Positions 38,575 through 50,216 of a stretch of DNA of 64,000 nt are shown piece after piece. A model generated the notes under the pieces. The model searched no databases. It was not told the origin of the DNA and saw nothing but the letters and a program-made list of their open reading frames with translations. Numbering within the stretch: position 1 is the stretch's first letter; each line of letters opens with the position of its first letter. The stretch is from an uncultured bacterium (GTDB taxonomy: Bacteria; Fidelibacterota; Marinisomatia; Marinisomatales; UBA1611). Made by a program: the position numbers and the translations under genes. Location of the stretch: NCBI GenBank assembly GCA_965660855.1, contig CBFIBM010000007.1:4061-68060 (forward strand), in the 5' to 3' direction.

Positions 38575-39897
38575 TTAAATATTATCTTTTATTAAGTTTA
38601 AAATTTGATCTTCAGATATACGCTCTTGCTTTTGAGAATCACGATATCTAATAGTCACACTATTATCCTCTAGTGATTGGTGGTCTATTGTTATACCAAA
38701 AGGGGTGCCCGCTTCATCTTGCCTGTAGTACCTCTTCCCAATAGATCCTTGTTGATCATAGATTACTTTAAAATGAGTTTTTAATTCTTCAACAATATTA
38801 CGAGCTTTTTCAGGAAGACCATCTTTTTTAACTAATGGGCAGATTACAGCTTTTACTGGCGCTATTCGAGGATCTATCTTCATTACAACACGATTATTTT
38901 CAAGATCTTCCCAATAAGAATCGGAAAGTATCGTTAAAAGCATACGATTAAGACCTGCAGAAGTTTCTATGATGTATGGTAAAAACCTTTCATTATTTGG
39001 TTGATCAAAATAAGATAAGTTTTTACCTGAAAACTCTTGATGTCTTCTAAGATCAAAATCAGTTCTATTATGAATACCCTCAATTTCTGACCACCCAAAT
39101 GGAAATTCGTATTCAATATCCCAAGCCTCTTTTGCATAATGTGCAAGCTCTTCGTTTTGGTGCTCATGAAATCGTAGCTTTGATTTTGTAATTCCTAACT
39201 TTTCATAATAAAAATCATATCTCTTAGTCTTCCACTCAATCATTGTTTTGTCATCTGAACCAGGTTTAACAAAATATTGCATTTCCATTTGTTCAAATTC
39301 TCTTGTTCTAAAAATAAAATTTCTAGCAATAATTTCATTCCTAAATGCTTTACCAATTTGGGCAATTCCGAAAGGAATTTTTGTCCTCATTGCCCCTTGT
39401 ATTAGCTGGTAATTAACGTAAATACCTTGTGCTGTTTCAGGTCTTAAAAATGCATCTGTACCTTTTTCTTCTACAGGACCAACGCTAGTTTTAAACATTA
39501 AATTAAATTGTCGTGGCTTTGTGAGTAGACCTGTTGTTCCACACTTCAGGCACTTAGTCTTTTTCCAATCAATATTTTTATACTCTTCAGAAAACTCATC
39601 TGCTCTAAAACGTGCTTTACATTGCTTGCAATCTACGAGTGGATCATTGAAAGCTCCTGTGTGTCCAGAGGCTTCCCATATTTTTGGATGCATCAAAATT
39701 CCACTATCTAAGCCTACAATATTCTCATGTATTTGTGTCATTTCTTTCCACCAAAGTTGAGATATATTGTTTTTAAGCTCTATACCTAATGGACCGTAGT
39801 CATAAACAGCAGAGAATCCTCCGTAGATATCAGAGCTCTGAAATACAAAACCTCTTCTTTTACAAAGAGAGACAATCTTCTCGATAGTTTTATCCAT
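38575..39897 (-). CDS. glyQS: glycine--tRNA ligase (alpha2 type)
   Basis: LRPETAQG, FRNEI, RTREFEQME, IGKRYYRQDE. Confidence 0.95.
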   Translation of the reverse strand: MDKTIEKIVSLCKRRGFVFQSSDIYGGFSAVYDYGPLGIELKNNISQLWWKEMTQIHENIVGLDSGILMHPKIWEASGHTGAFNDPLVDCKQCKARFRADEFSEEYKNIDWKKTKCLKCGTTGLLTKPRQFNLMFKTSVGPVEEKGTDAFLRPETAQGIYVNYQLIQGAMRTKIPFGIAQIGKAFRNEIIARNFIFRTREFEQMEMQYFVKPGSDDKTMIEWKTKRYDFYYEKLGITKSKLRFHEHQNEELAHYAKEAWDIEYEFPFGWSEIEGIHNRTDFDLRRHQEFSGKNLSYFDQPNNERFLPYIIETSAGLNRMLLTILSDSYWEDLENNRVVMKIDPRIAPVKAVICPLVKKDGLPEKARNIVEELKTHFKVIYDQQGSIGKRYYRQDEAGTPFGITIDHQSLEDNSVTIRYRDSQKQERISEDQILNLIKDNI

Positions 39898-39927
39898 TAT
39901 ACCTTTATTATAAGTTTATTTTTAATT

Positions 39928-42450
39928 TTACTTCTTCTTATTACTCTTTTTTCTAGTTTTTTTCTTTTTTGCAGGAGCTAATCGTTTTTGATTAATTAAT
40001 TCTACTGCTTGTTCAAGTGTGATTTCTTCAGGTGATAAGTTTCCTTTTAATGATACATTTACTTTTCCATCACTTATATAAGGCCCATAACGTCCGCTTT
40101 TAACACTTATTGTCTTACCAGTTTCAGGGTGATCTCCAACAGTTCTTAAGTCAGAACTTTTTTTATTTCTATTTGCTAGTAATTCAACTGATTTCTCTAA
40201 GGTCACGTTAAGTGGCGTATCGGGGTCTTGGATACTTGCATTTTGTTTACCACAACGCAAATATGGGCCATATCTTCCATAATCAGCTGTTATCTGGTCT
40301 CCAGTTTCAGGGTGATTTCCAATAACTCTCGGTAAACTTAATAGTTTTAAAGCGTAATTTAAATCAACTTCAGATAATGGATAGTTCTTAGGTATTCCTT
40401 TTCTTTTTGTTGTCTCACCTAGCTGAACATAGAAACCATATGGTCCTTTCTTAATCCATACAGAATCACCAGACTCAGGATCTGAACCTAGCGGTTCATC
40501 TTCTTGAGTAACATGTTTGAATATTTCTTCTACTTTTTCTAATGTTAAATCACCAAGATAAACATTCTCTGGGATTGATCGAGTATCATCATCTCTCCTA
40601 AGATATGGTCCAAATTTTCCAATACGGCCCTCAGTTGTATTCGAAATTTTTTCGGGTAGAGTAATTGTACAAGCTTTTGGGATATCAACTTTTTCATTCA
40701 ACATTTTTTCTAAACCAATAAATTCACCACCACCAAAATAGAAATTTTTAATGAAAGGCTCTGATGAAGTTTCACCCCTTGATATTTCATCTAAAGAATT
40801 CTCCATATTTGCAGTAAAAGTTTTATCTACAAGGTTGGTAAAATGTTCTTCTAATAACTGAGTTACAGCTACGCCTAAAAAAGTTGGAGTCAACTTTCCA
40901 CTGTTGCGATTAACATATCCTCTCTTTACAATAGTCCCAATTATTGAAGCAAATGTAGATGGACGTCCAATTCCATTTTCTTCAAGTGATTTTACTAATG
41001 ATGCTTCTGTATATCTTGCTGGTGGTTTTGTATTATGCTCTTCGGAACTTAGTGTTTCACAAGTCAATTTATTTCCTTCTTGAAGAGTGGGTAATGTTCT
41101 CTCTTTGTTCTCGAGGTCTTTTTCTGGGTTATCTCTTCCTTCAACATATGCTCTCATATATCCAGGAAACAAAATAACTTGTCCATTAGCTCTGAATTCA
41201 GCTTTTTGATTGATAACAGTTACGGAGGTTTGCATTAATTTGGCAGACTTCATTTGACTTGCGATTGTTCTCTTCCAAATTAGATCAAAAAGAGAGGCAG
41301 CTTGATCTCCAAGTAATTTTTGCACATCTTCTTTAGTATGAAATTTACTACCCGCAGGTCGAATTGCTTCATGAGCCTCCTGTGCATTTTTAACTCTGGT
41401 ACTGTAGGATCTTTCTTTTTCGGGTAGATAGTCATTCCCATAAAGACTTTCTATAATTTTTCGAGAACCTCTTACTGCTTCATCAGATAAATTTGTAGAG
41501 TCTGTGCGCATGTAGGTGATAAATCCATTCTCATAAAGTTTTTGGGCAGTACTCATTGTTTGACGTGCGGAACTTCTGAGCTTTCTTGACGCTTCTTGCT
41601 GTAGTGTACTGGTTGTAAAAGGGGGCTTTGGGTTCGAAGTTCTCGGCTTTTCATTTATAGACGAAACTTTCCAAGTTCCTTTTTCTAATTCTCTTAATAA
41701 TTCATCCGCTTGTGATTCAGATAATAAAAGTGAATTTTTATTTTTTAATTTACCTGAAATGGGGTCAAAGTCATTGCTGTTAGCTATCTTATCATTATTT
41801 AGTCTAATTAGAGTGGCTTCAAATGTAATGTTATTATGAATAAAGATAGCTTTTAAGTCGTAATAGTTAGTTTTAAGATATTTAGCTCTTATTCGGTCTT
41901 TATCAACTACAAGTTTCACAGCTGAGGACTGGACTCTTCCTGCAGATAAAGTAGTATTGACAAATTTCATATTACTCTGAAGAGTTGCCCATAAAACTGG
42001 AGAAACTTTATATCCAACTAATCGATCAATAACCCTTCTTGCTGTTTGTGCTTTTACTAAGTCCGTGTCAATACTTCTTACATTTTTTATTCCATCCATT
42101 ATCCCTGCTTTAGTTATTTCTGTAAATTGGACTCTTTCCATCTTTTCTTCAGGGACTTCAGTAGCAAGATGAGCGGCAATTGCTTCACCCTCTCTATCAG
42201 GATCTGTTGCAATTAGAACTCGTGGTGCTATTTTTGATTTTTTACGTAATTCAGATATAAACTTTTTTTTATCTGGAAGAACAGATAGTTTTATTTCAAA
42301 ATTATTTTCAATATCTATTCCTAATTCATTGCTTGGTAAATCCTTGACATGACCAACACATGAAATCACATCATAATCATTATTCAAATATTTTTGAATA
42401 GTTTTTACTTTTGTAGGTGATTCAACAATTAATACAGATTTTTGACTCAT
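39928..42450 (-). CDS. topA: DNA topoisomerase I with C-terminal repeats
   Basis: IVESPTK, DPDREGE, SAGRVQS, ITYMRTDS, GRYGPY repeats; start moved to ATG 42450. Confidence 0.96.
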   Translation of the reverse strand: MSQKSVLIVESPTKVKTIQKYLNNDYDVISCVGHVKDLPSNELGIDIENNFEIKLSVLPDKKKFISELRKKSKIAPRVLIATDPDREGEAIAAHLATEVPEEKMERVQFTEITKAGIMDGIKNVRSIDTDLVKAQTARRVIDRLVGYKVSPVLWATLQSNMKFVNTTLSAGRVQSSAVKLVVDKDRIRAKYLKTNYYDLKAIFIHNNITFEATLIRLNNDKIANSNDFDPISGKLKNKNSLLLSESQADELLRELEKGTWKVSSINEKPRTSNPKPPFTTSTLQQEASRKLRSSARQTMSTAQKLYENGFITYMRTDSTNLSDEAVRGSRKIIESLYGNDYLPEKERSYSTRVKNAQEAHEAIRPAGSKFHTKEDVQKLLGDQAASLFDLIWKRTIASQMKSAKLMQTSVTVINQKAEFRANGQVILFPGYMRAYVEGRDNPEKDLENKERTLPTLQEGNKLTCETLSSEEHNTKPPARYTEASLVKSLEENGIGRPSTFASIIGTIVKRGYVNRNSGKLTPTFLGVAVTQLLEEHFTNLVDKTFTANMENSLDEISRGETSSEPFIKNFYFGGGEFIGLEKMLNEKVDIPKACTITLPEKISNTTEGRIGKFGPYLRRDDDTRSIPENVYLGDLTLEKVEEIFKHVTQEDEPLGSDPESGDSVWIKKGPYGFYVQLGETTKRKGIPKNYPLSEVDLNYALKLLSLPRVIGNHPETGDQITADYGRYGPYLRCGKQNASIQDPDTPLNVTLEKSVELLANRNKKSSDLRTVGDHPETGKTISVKSGRYGPYISDGKVNVSLKGNLSPEEITLEQAVELINQKRLAPAKKKKTRKKSNKKK

Positions 42451-42454
42451 TTTA

Positions 42455-43723
42455 CTATTCCCTAATGATTTTATAATCTTTTTCAAAAAATTTTATAATC
42501 TCAGATCTAGTTAAGGCTCTTTGATTTTGTTCTTTAAGATTTTTAACTATAAGCATCCCATTGGATAATTCTTCTTCTCCAATAATTATAACATAACTAG
42601 CATTAATTTTATTCGCTTCTCGCATTTGTGCCTTTAAACTCCTACGTAACGGATCTGAAGTAACAGATAACTTTAAATTTCTTAGCTTAGTTGATAAAAA
42701 AAGTGATTCAGAAAGCGCACCTTCAAAAAGACATGCGATGTAGACATCAATACTGGGCTTAACCTCATCATTTTTCATTGCGATTAAAAAGCGTTCTAGC
42801 CCCGCAGCAAAACCAATACTTGGAGTTGGTTTACCGCCTAGGTCTGATAAAAGAGAATCGTAACGCCCGCCACCAATAAGAGTATCTTGTGCTCCTAATT
42901 TAGTAGAGGAAAACTCAAAAACTGTTCTTGAATAATAATCGAGACCACGAACAAGTTTTGGATTAATTGTAAATGGAATATCTAAAATTTTTAGAAGCTC
43001 TTTTACTTTTTCAAAATGGTATAAATCCTTATCTGTATAATATTTTGAAATTTTTGGAGCATCATTTAAAATTAATTGTTCTTTTTTTGATTTTGTATCC
43101 AATAATCTTAGCGTATTTTCTTTAAATCGATTTTGACTTACCTCTGAAAATTCTTGCAAGTGTGGTTTTAAAAAATCTTTTAAAGCCTCTTTATAATTAT
43201 TCCTGCAATCATTTGATCCAAGACTATTTAAATTTAAAGTAACTGATTCATGCAGCTTGCAATTTAAAATAATGTTCCAAGCTAAAGAGATTACCTCTAC
43301 ATCTATTTCTGGATATTTTGATCCTAGTGCTTCTACTCCGAATTGATGAAATTGTCTTTGTCTACCTTTCTGTGGCCTTTCGCGTCTAAATAGGGGACCG
43401 AGGTAATATAATCTATTTATTGGTGATTTTGTATTAAGATTGTTTTGAATAAATGCTCTTGCAACACTAGCTGTAAGTTCTGGCCGGAGTGTTAAGCTTG
43501 TACCATCCCTATCATTCCAACTATACATTTCCTTAGAGACAATATCTGTTTCTGTACCCACAGATCTTGAAAAAAGTTGAGTTTGTTCGAAAATGGGAGT
43601 TCTTATTTCTTCATATCCAAAAATTTTACAGTTATGATTTACAATTTTTTCAAGTTTCTGCCATTTAAATGATTCCGGAGGTAAAATATCATGAGTTCCT
43701 TTTATATTTCGTATAATTTTCAT
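42455..43723 (-). CDS. hisS: histidine--tRNA ligase
   Basis: LRPELTAS, RRERPQKGRQRQFHQ, VRGLDYY, GGGRYD. Confidence 0.96.
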   Translation of the reverse strand: MKIIRNIKGTHDILPPESFKWQKLEKIVNHNCKIFGYEEIRTPIFEQTQLFSRSVGTETDIVSKEMYSWNDRDGTSLTLRPELTASVARAFIQNNLNTKSPINRLYYLGPLFRRERPQKGRQRQFHQFGVEALGSKYPEIDVEVISLAWNIILNCKLHESVTLNLNSLGSNDCRNNYKEALKDFLKPHLQEFSEVSQNRFKENTLRLLDTKSKKEQLILNDAPKISKYYTDKDLYHFEKVKELLKILDIPFTINPKLVRGLDYYSRTVFEFSSTKLGAQDTLIGGGRYDSLLSDLGGKPTPSIGFAAGLERFLIAMKNDEVKPSIDVYIACLFEGALSESLFLSTKLRNLKLSVTSDPLRRSLKAQMREANKINASYVIIIGEEELSNGMLIVKNLKEQNQRALTRSEIIKFFEKDYKIIRE

Positions 43724-44061
43724 TTTTTACTCTCTTCGATAATCTGGAATGTTAAATCAGAAGCTTTTTTCATATGGCTATCTGGTACAAAAATACGAAC
43801 CGTTTCACCTACAATACCTGTTCCAGTAACACTATAAGCAGAGGATGCCCAGTCCATCTTTAAATAATAAGGAATATTATTATCATCTAAAATTTCTGAA
43901 GCCATATCAGCAAATATTTTCCCATTAAAAACTGGAAGTGAGCCCCATTTCATCTCTGGAATAGGTAGGTCTAAAAGGCAAGCATCTACTAACTGTAAAT
44001 TGCAGTCACCACAATTTTTTACATCGTTTAAATATTCAGCATAGCAATTAGGACAAATCAT
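43720..44061 (-). CDS. zinc-ribbon + DUF2007-like protein
   Basis: CPNC...CGDC; EILDDNNIP...VRIFVP. Confidence 0.7.
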   Translation of the reverse strand: MICPNCYAEYLNDVKNCGDCNLQLVDACLLDLPIPEMKWGSLPVFNGKIFADMASEILDDNNIPYYLKMDWASSAYSVTGTGIVGETVRIFVPDSHMKKASDLTFQIIEESKK

Positions 44062-44116
44062 ATTTTATTTTATAGATGAATTTCTATAATTGCGATAAAT
44101 AGTACAATTAAAGATT

Positions 44117-47100
44117 TTATATTCCTGCACCAGAATAGACTCCTCCTTTTTTTTCTAATTTAAGATCTTTTAACGTTGGTGACTTAACATTTATCTTAAA
44201 ATTGATTCCTTGTCCTAATCCATTAGGAGTCCAGTTTAAAGAAAGTTCCCAACAATGTAAGTCTCGATATACAGAAAAAGAATGATTTATTAAGTCTTGT
44301 TCAAGCAAATCAAATCTAGCTCTATAGGAAATCCGCCATTTATCCGTAATGTTTATTATAGAGTTTGAATTTGCCCAGAATGTTTTTGACTTATTTGAAG
44401 GATTTTGAGAATTCAAAGAGTAGCTTAAACTAATACTTGTACTCCAGAGTTGATTATTATTAATGGAGTTTTTTATGTTTTTAATAGAGTTAGTTATGCC
44501 TGAATCGACAAAATCACTATCGATAGATGTCGTATCTTTAAATGTTTTTCCAATATCATCATTTTGCTTCCATTTTTTACTTTTAATTCTAATACTCGTA
44601 GCTAATCTGGCATTCACTAATCTGGGAGTAATTAGTCCTGAAATATTTTTATTAAAATTAGCTAATCGTTTATTTTTTTCACTATCAAAAGAGTATAAAT
44701 CATGAGTCATTGATAAATCTAAATTTAATTTTTTAAGTATTTTTGATCTAATACTTGATCTTATATTTGTAAAATGAAGAGAGTCTGCAGCTAAGTTATA
44801 TCCAGAATTTATACGCCAATTAAATAAATCAACCTTTTTCTCTTCTTTTCCATCAAAGATTTTTGCTTGAAATATGTTATTTAATCCAAAAGTCATTGAT
44901 TTTTGTTCTGATTTTGGTGTGTTTCCAGCAATTGTACCTGAAAAACGATCCAAAGATCCAATCTCAATACCATCACTATCAAATTTCTTTTTTACATAAC
45001 CAAAATTTTTCCCAAATACTTCATCAGAAAAATCAGGAGTCCATGAATATCCAATATTTGGAGATATAACATGCCTAATCGATTTAATTGGACCAAACGG
45101 GATGGGGATTAATCCATAAACTTGAGTACTACTATTAATTGAGAACGATCCAGTTGTACGGGAATCAAAACCAATTCTCTCATTCTTAATAAATTTATTT
45201 TCATCCTCATCCCATATACCATCGTATGTCTTATTGACCCATGCTGATTTAATATTTATTCGAGGATTTATTGATATATATTTAAATAATTTTTGCGGAG
45301 CGTTAATTGCAGAGGTATGCACCCAACCATCATTTTCATCATTTTTTTGATTGTCGCTCCAAAAAAACTGATTTGAATCAGATTCTATCGACTCAAAATA
45401 AAATCGTTGAACATTTGTATAGTTAAGTCCATAGTTCCATGTAATTGTATTATACCATTTTTTATCAATTGCAGTAGTTGGGAAAAAATGACTTTGACCA
45501 TGTCTAAAAGAAAATTTTGGAAATGTTTGATTTTTAGAATTTAATTGAGTTCCAGATCGATTTGGGTTTATAAAATAATTGCTATTAAGATTTACCTTTT
45601 CTTGAATTAGTAAGTCCTGATTTGAGTAGAAACTAATGCTTATTGAATTTTTTGATTTTGGCCATCGTTTTGAATAAGAAATATTAGAGATTGCTTTTTG
45701 GTCCATTCTTTCTGTTTCTGTTAGTCCATATTTTTTATTGTAGTCTCCACTGGATGAATAAGTTATGTTTGCATTTAAAGATTGATTATTCCTCATTTGT
45801 TGTTTGTGATTCCATCGCACTGTGGTGCTGACTTTTTTATCTCCAAAAATATCACCAATATTTTTGGTACCACTTAGAAATTGTCTATTAGAAAAGTTTA
45901 AACTTCCATTAAATTTATAACGAAGCCGATATTGACTATTTACATTAAAGGTATATCCTTGTTTATCGCCAAACCCCATTGTGATTTTTGAATCCCAATA
46001 ATCATTTGGAGCCCAGTAAAACCCAAGTCCTTGTATATATTGTCCTCTGCTTTTGTTGTCGCCATATGAAGGCATTATCCATCCTGAGTGCCTTTGGCCA
46101 CCCTTATGAGGAAAAATTCCAAAAGGAATTCCCAGTATAGGTATTTGGGCAATATGTAAAATAATAGGACGAGCAACAACAATATCATTTTGTATAATTT
46201 TCATGTTATGTGATTCAAAATGGAAATGTGCAGTATCTAAGTCGCAGGTTGTATAGGTAGAATTTTCTATAAAAATTGTATTTGAAGTTTCATTTTGGAT
46301 TTTATTACCTCTGTAATAGCCATCATCTGCTTGTGTACGACCTTTTTTAATTCTACCTTTTTTAGTATCTAGGTTATATGTCATTCGCTCACCAGTCATT
46401 GGATCTTTTTTTGATTCTTTAATAATTGGTAATAAGATTTCGTTCTCATTAAAGATTGAATTTGGATAGGCGTTTAAAATATTATTATTCCAATTAATAT
46501 TTATATGACCAGCCTTTAAATTTGTTTTATCATGGGTGATACTTGAATTTCCAAAAAGGTCAGTTTCTTTAATTTTAAGCATATAATGAATTTTATCTGC
46601 TTCGTATAATATAGGAGAATTAATATTATTCTCAGTTGAATCAGGGTTATATTTTCCTTCTGCACCCCCATATACCTCTAATTCATTTATTTGATTTTCA
46701 TCAAAACTTATAATTATTGAATCGCCAGAGACTTGATTGTTACCTTTGTATAAAGAATCTTCAAAAACATGGTATAGAGTCTTGGACATACCATTAAGTT
46801 TTAAGGAGTCTAAGTTATCATTTGAAAAACTACCAAATAATTCTTTACCTTCAATTTTGTCTTTGAAAGAAACTTTTATTAACGAATCATCTACAGTTTT
46901 TATAAATCCAGTTTTAATGATATCTGATGTAGCTTTAGAGGGGATATAAATTTTTCTTAAGCTTTTATCAATATAGGTCAATTTTATCTCGTTTCCTGAT
47001 AACATTCTAGATTGATCAAATATTTTAGGATTACCTTGCAAGATAGTAGATTCATTGAGCCCATTGTAGTCCGCAATTTCTGATTCAGAAAAGATTGTAG

Positions 47101-47662
47101 AGTCTTGAATTTGAACATTTCCTACCGCAGAATAAGACAGTTTTTTAACGTTTGGATAATTTTTATATATAATTTTATCAGATTCTATTTTTTGTTTATT
47201 TTGTATTAGTACAACATTTTTTAAGGCGATTCCGCTATCTAATTCAGTAAAAACTCTTATCGTGTCTGCTTTTAAATCATAGTCTGATGTCCAGGTATGA
47301 GATTTTCCGATACCCAGTAGTTGGTTTGAATCAGAATAAAACTTTAATGTGTCTGCCACAAATGTTAAGTCTTCTTTAATCGCAGATACTTTATCATAAA
47401 GTATGGCTTGTCCTTTTTTTTCAAAATATTGACCTTTTTGACATTTTAAAATAAGGTCGCCTTTTTCAAAGATAACATTCCCTTCAATAAATCTTATACT
47501 TTCCCCATTTATTGTTTTACTTTCTAAAATATTTGCTTGTTTTAGAATTAATCTATTTTCAGAAATTATAAAATTTAAAAGGTATACAAATTTGAAAATA
47601 TATTTTGGTTTGATACATTTCAAAAATTTAATGATTTTAATATTAATTTGAGTGCAAAACAT
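44117..47662 (-). CDS. lptD: LPS assembly protein LptD-like with long N-terminal OstA/LptA jellyroll region
   Basis: YTTCDLD..HFHF, IPFGIFP, GFYWAPNDYWD, RDLHCWE, LKDLKLEK. Confidence 0.8.
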   Translation of the reverse strand: MFCTQINIKIIKFLKCIKPKYIFKFVYLLNFIISENRLILKQANILESKTINGESIRFIEGNVIFEKGDLILKCQKGQYFEKKGQAILYDKVSAIKEDLTFVADTLKFYSDSNQLLGIGKSHTWTSDYDLKADTIRVFTELDSGIALKNVVLIQNKQKIESDKIIYKNYPNVKKLSYSAVGNVQIQDSTIFSESEIADYNGLNESTILQGNPKIFDQSRMLSGNEIKLTYIDKSLRKIYIPSKATSDIIKTGFIKTVDDSLIKVSFKDKIEGKELFGSFSNDNLDSLKLNGMSKTLYHVFEDSLYKGNNQVSGDSIIISFDENQINELEVYGGAEGKYNPDSTENNINSPILYEADKIHYMLKIKETDLFGNSSITHDKTNLKAGHININWNNNILNAYPNSIFNENEILLPIIKESKKDPMTGERMTYNLDTKKGRIKKGRTQADDGYYRGNKIQNETSNTIFIENSTYTTCDLDTAHFHFESHNMKIIQNDIVVARPIILHIAQIPILGIPFGIFPHKGGQRHSGWIMPSYGDNKSRGQYIQGLGFYWAPNDYWDSKITMGFGDKQGYTFNVNSQYRLRYKFNGSLNFSNRQFLSGTKNIGDIFGDKKVSTTVRWNHKQQMRNNQSLNANITYSSSGDYNKKYGLTETERMDQKAISNISYSKRWPKSKNSISISFYSNQDLLIQEKVNLNSNYFINPNRSGTQLNSKNQTFPKFSFRHGQSHFFPTTAIDKKWYNTITWNYGLNYTNVQRFYFESIESDSNQFFWSDNQKNDENDGWVHTSAINAPQKLFKYISINPRINIKSAWVNKTYDGIWDEDENKFIKNERIGFDSRTTGSFSINSSTQVYGLIPIPFGPIKSIRHVISPNIGYSWTPDFSDEVFGKNFGYVKKKFDSDGIEIGSLDRFSGTIAGNTPKSEQKSMTFGLNNIFQAKIFDGKEEKKVDLFNWRINSGYNLAADSLHFTNIRSSIRSKILKKLNLDLSMTHDLYSFDSEKNKRLANFNKNISGLITPRLVNARLATSIRIKSKKWKQNDDIGKTFKDTTSIDSDFVDSGITNSIKNIKNSINNNQLWSTSISLSYSLNSQNPSNKSKTFWANSNSIINITDKWRISYRARFDLLEQDLINHSFSVYRDLHCWELSLNWTPNGLGQGINFKINVKSPTLKDLKLEKKGGVYSGAGI

Positions 47663-47712
47663 GACAACCTAAATTTACATACCTTTTTAATCAAGCGAGA
47701 AAGGAAGATAAA

Positions 47713-48132
47713 ATGAGTTCTATAAAAAATAAAATTTTCATTAGTATAATTTTTTTTGGATTATACTGTACAAATAAAAGGAGTGTGGAAATAATGAGTA
47801 ATGATCTAAAAATAGAAGACATTATAGTAGGCGAAGGTGTTGAAGCAAACGATTTTAATAAAGTTATTGTTAATTATACGGGTTCACTTGAAGATGGTTC
47901 CATTTTTGATTCATCTTTAAATCCAGGAAGAGAACCATTCTCTTTTACATTAGGAGTTGGATCTGTTATTAAAGGTTGGGATATTGGAGTAAAAGGAATG
48001 AAAGTTGGAGGGAAAAGAAAATTAACTATTCCACCAGAATTAGGATATGGTAAAAATGGAGCAGGTGATGTTATTCCGCCAGGGGCTACTCTAATCTTTG
48101 AAGTTGATTTATTAAACGTAGAAGCTTATTAA
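47713..48132 (+). CDS. FKBP-type peptidyl-prolyl isomerase
   Basis: [41 protein letters not shown]. Confidence 0.95.
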   Translation: MSSIKNKIFISIIFFGLYCTNKRSVEIMSNDLKIEDIIVGEGVEANDFNKVIVNYTGSLEDGSIFDSSLNPGREPFSFTLGVGSVIKGWDIGVKGMKVGGKRKLTIPPELGYGKNGAGDVIPPGATLIFEVDLLNVEAY

Positions 48133-49681
48133 GAGAAATTATAGTTTCGCAGTTTCTAAAATATCTTAAAATTATAATTTTATAAACTGATTTTTTTTTA
48201 AGAAAAAAAATATAAAAAAAATTAGTATAAAACAAAAAATACAGTAGCCTTAAATTTAATTTATCTTTTTTTATGAGTGCTATTTTTTTATTTTTTTTTA
48301 TTTTTAATATTTTATAATTGTTTATCTAAACAAAAAATTTTTTACATTTTTTTTGGGGGAAATAGAATATTTTATTTGGGAAAAAAGTCACAAGATCTAT
48401 TAGTTATAAAATCAGATAATTAATTAAAAGAATTCTAGAGTTTTTTTAATCAACATTTTTAATATAATTGAATTTTTATTTAAATGATGATAATAAAAAA
48501 AATAACTAAAATATAGTTTATAAGATTGTATATAATTTTTACTTATTTGATATAATTAACACTTTTATTAATTATTTAATTATATGATTCAATATTGAAT
48601 TATTTAGTTATTTTTTTGGTCAATGTATTTTATATAAAATTCACTATTCTATTTGTCTTTTTTTTTTAACAGTGTACAATTTTTAGACATAAGAGTTCCT
48701 AAACAAATATATGTTTATTTCAATATAAAAATATGTTGATATAAAAGAATGTTTATAAATAAAATATTAAACATAATCAGAAAATGATATGGAATTATTT
48801 AATAGAATTTATTTTGATTATGAACTAAAGGTCGATGGAAAATTAATAAAAGATATAGTAAAAATATATTGACAAAACATTGACTTTTTTAAATGAATTA
48901 TGGAAATAAAGAAAGATAGTATGTTTTTTAAAGAATAGTTAAACATTGACTATTATATCTTAATAAATCGAACAATTATCTTTTTTTATCAACTAATGAA
49001 TTTATGTTTATTAAGTAGAAATATTATTTTATTTTTTAATGAGATCATCATTAATGGTATAGAAATATTTTGAATAATAATAGATTGAAATAACTCTTAA
49101 AAATTAAGTATACATATATTAAAAGAGTACTGTTTGAAGATTAAATCTCAATCTAGTTAAAACTGTAAATATATTATTGAATTAAATATTCAATATGTTT
49201 CAATAAAAAAATATAAGGAGATTGAAAAATTATTAAAAAAAATGTGGATATCTTAAATGAAAATAAAGATTATTATTATTTATAATTCTTATAATTATTT
49301 GACTAAATCTATGTATTATATTGGTACACTAGAATTAAAATTAAAGTGTTCCTATAAATAAAATTACAAGGGGTTGGATATTTGTTTTTTCAAAAGATAA
49401 TAAATGAGTTTTTTTTAAAGTTTTTTTTAATAATTAACATATGATTAATGAGGATTAGATAAGTTTATATTCTATGAAATTAATTATAAGTTTATAATGA
49501 TGATATTATAATTATTTATAATATGACACTTGAAATATTTAAGATGATTTAGAAAAATAAAATAACATATTATTATCCCCAGTAGCACACTAAACAATTA
49601 ATAGTTTTGTAATATTAAAAATAATTTTTATTATTTTTAATAAATAATTCTAATAAATATATTTGTAAAAATTATTAATTA

Positions 49682-50216
49682 TTTGTGCTATTTATATATA
49701 TTAAATATTTATTTCATGAATATTTAATTATATCTTGTATCAATTATTTGTTATTTATCTAACTAAAATAAATTTTTTTAACAATATTATTTTAAATAAT
49801 AGCACCTAATATTTATAATATGTAGATATATTATTTAGTTTTTCCATATAATTTTCATATAATCAATTCAATCTTACATATATAAATATTTTTAATATAT
49901 GTATAATTGTATAAATAATTTGATATATAATTTTTTAGGATATATCACTCTGGATTTTCAATATAATAGATACTCAATCAATAATTATTATTTTAAATAA
50001 ACACATCTTTATAATGTGTAATTGAAAATTAAAAATTAATTTATTTTTAAATATTATATCATATTTATCATGTAGATATTTAATATTTTTTAATGTTAAA
50101 TATTCATTAAAATATCAAAATAACCATGATTATCTGATTTGAAAACACTTTTATTGACCATCAGATCAGATATATACACTTGTATTAAGTTTATTTTTTT
50201 TTGTGCTATTTATATA
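49682..50216 (+). repeat. 17-bp direct repeat TTTGTGCTATTTATATA (49682-49698 and 50200-50216)
   Basis: exact duplicate read from the sequence. Confidence 0.85.

Noticed and set aside
49243..49581. DnaA-box-like TGTGGATAT and TTATCCCCA suggesting oriC
   Set aside because: Only two one-mismatch boxes, no cluster, and no dnaA/dnaN/gidA context.
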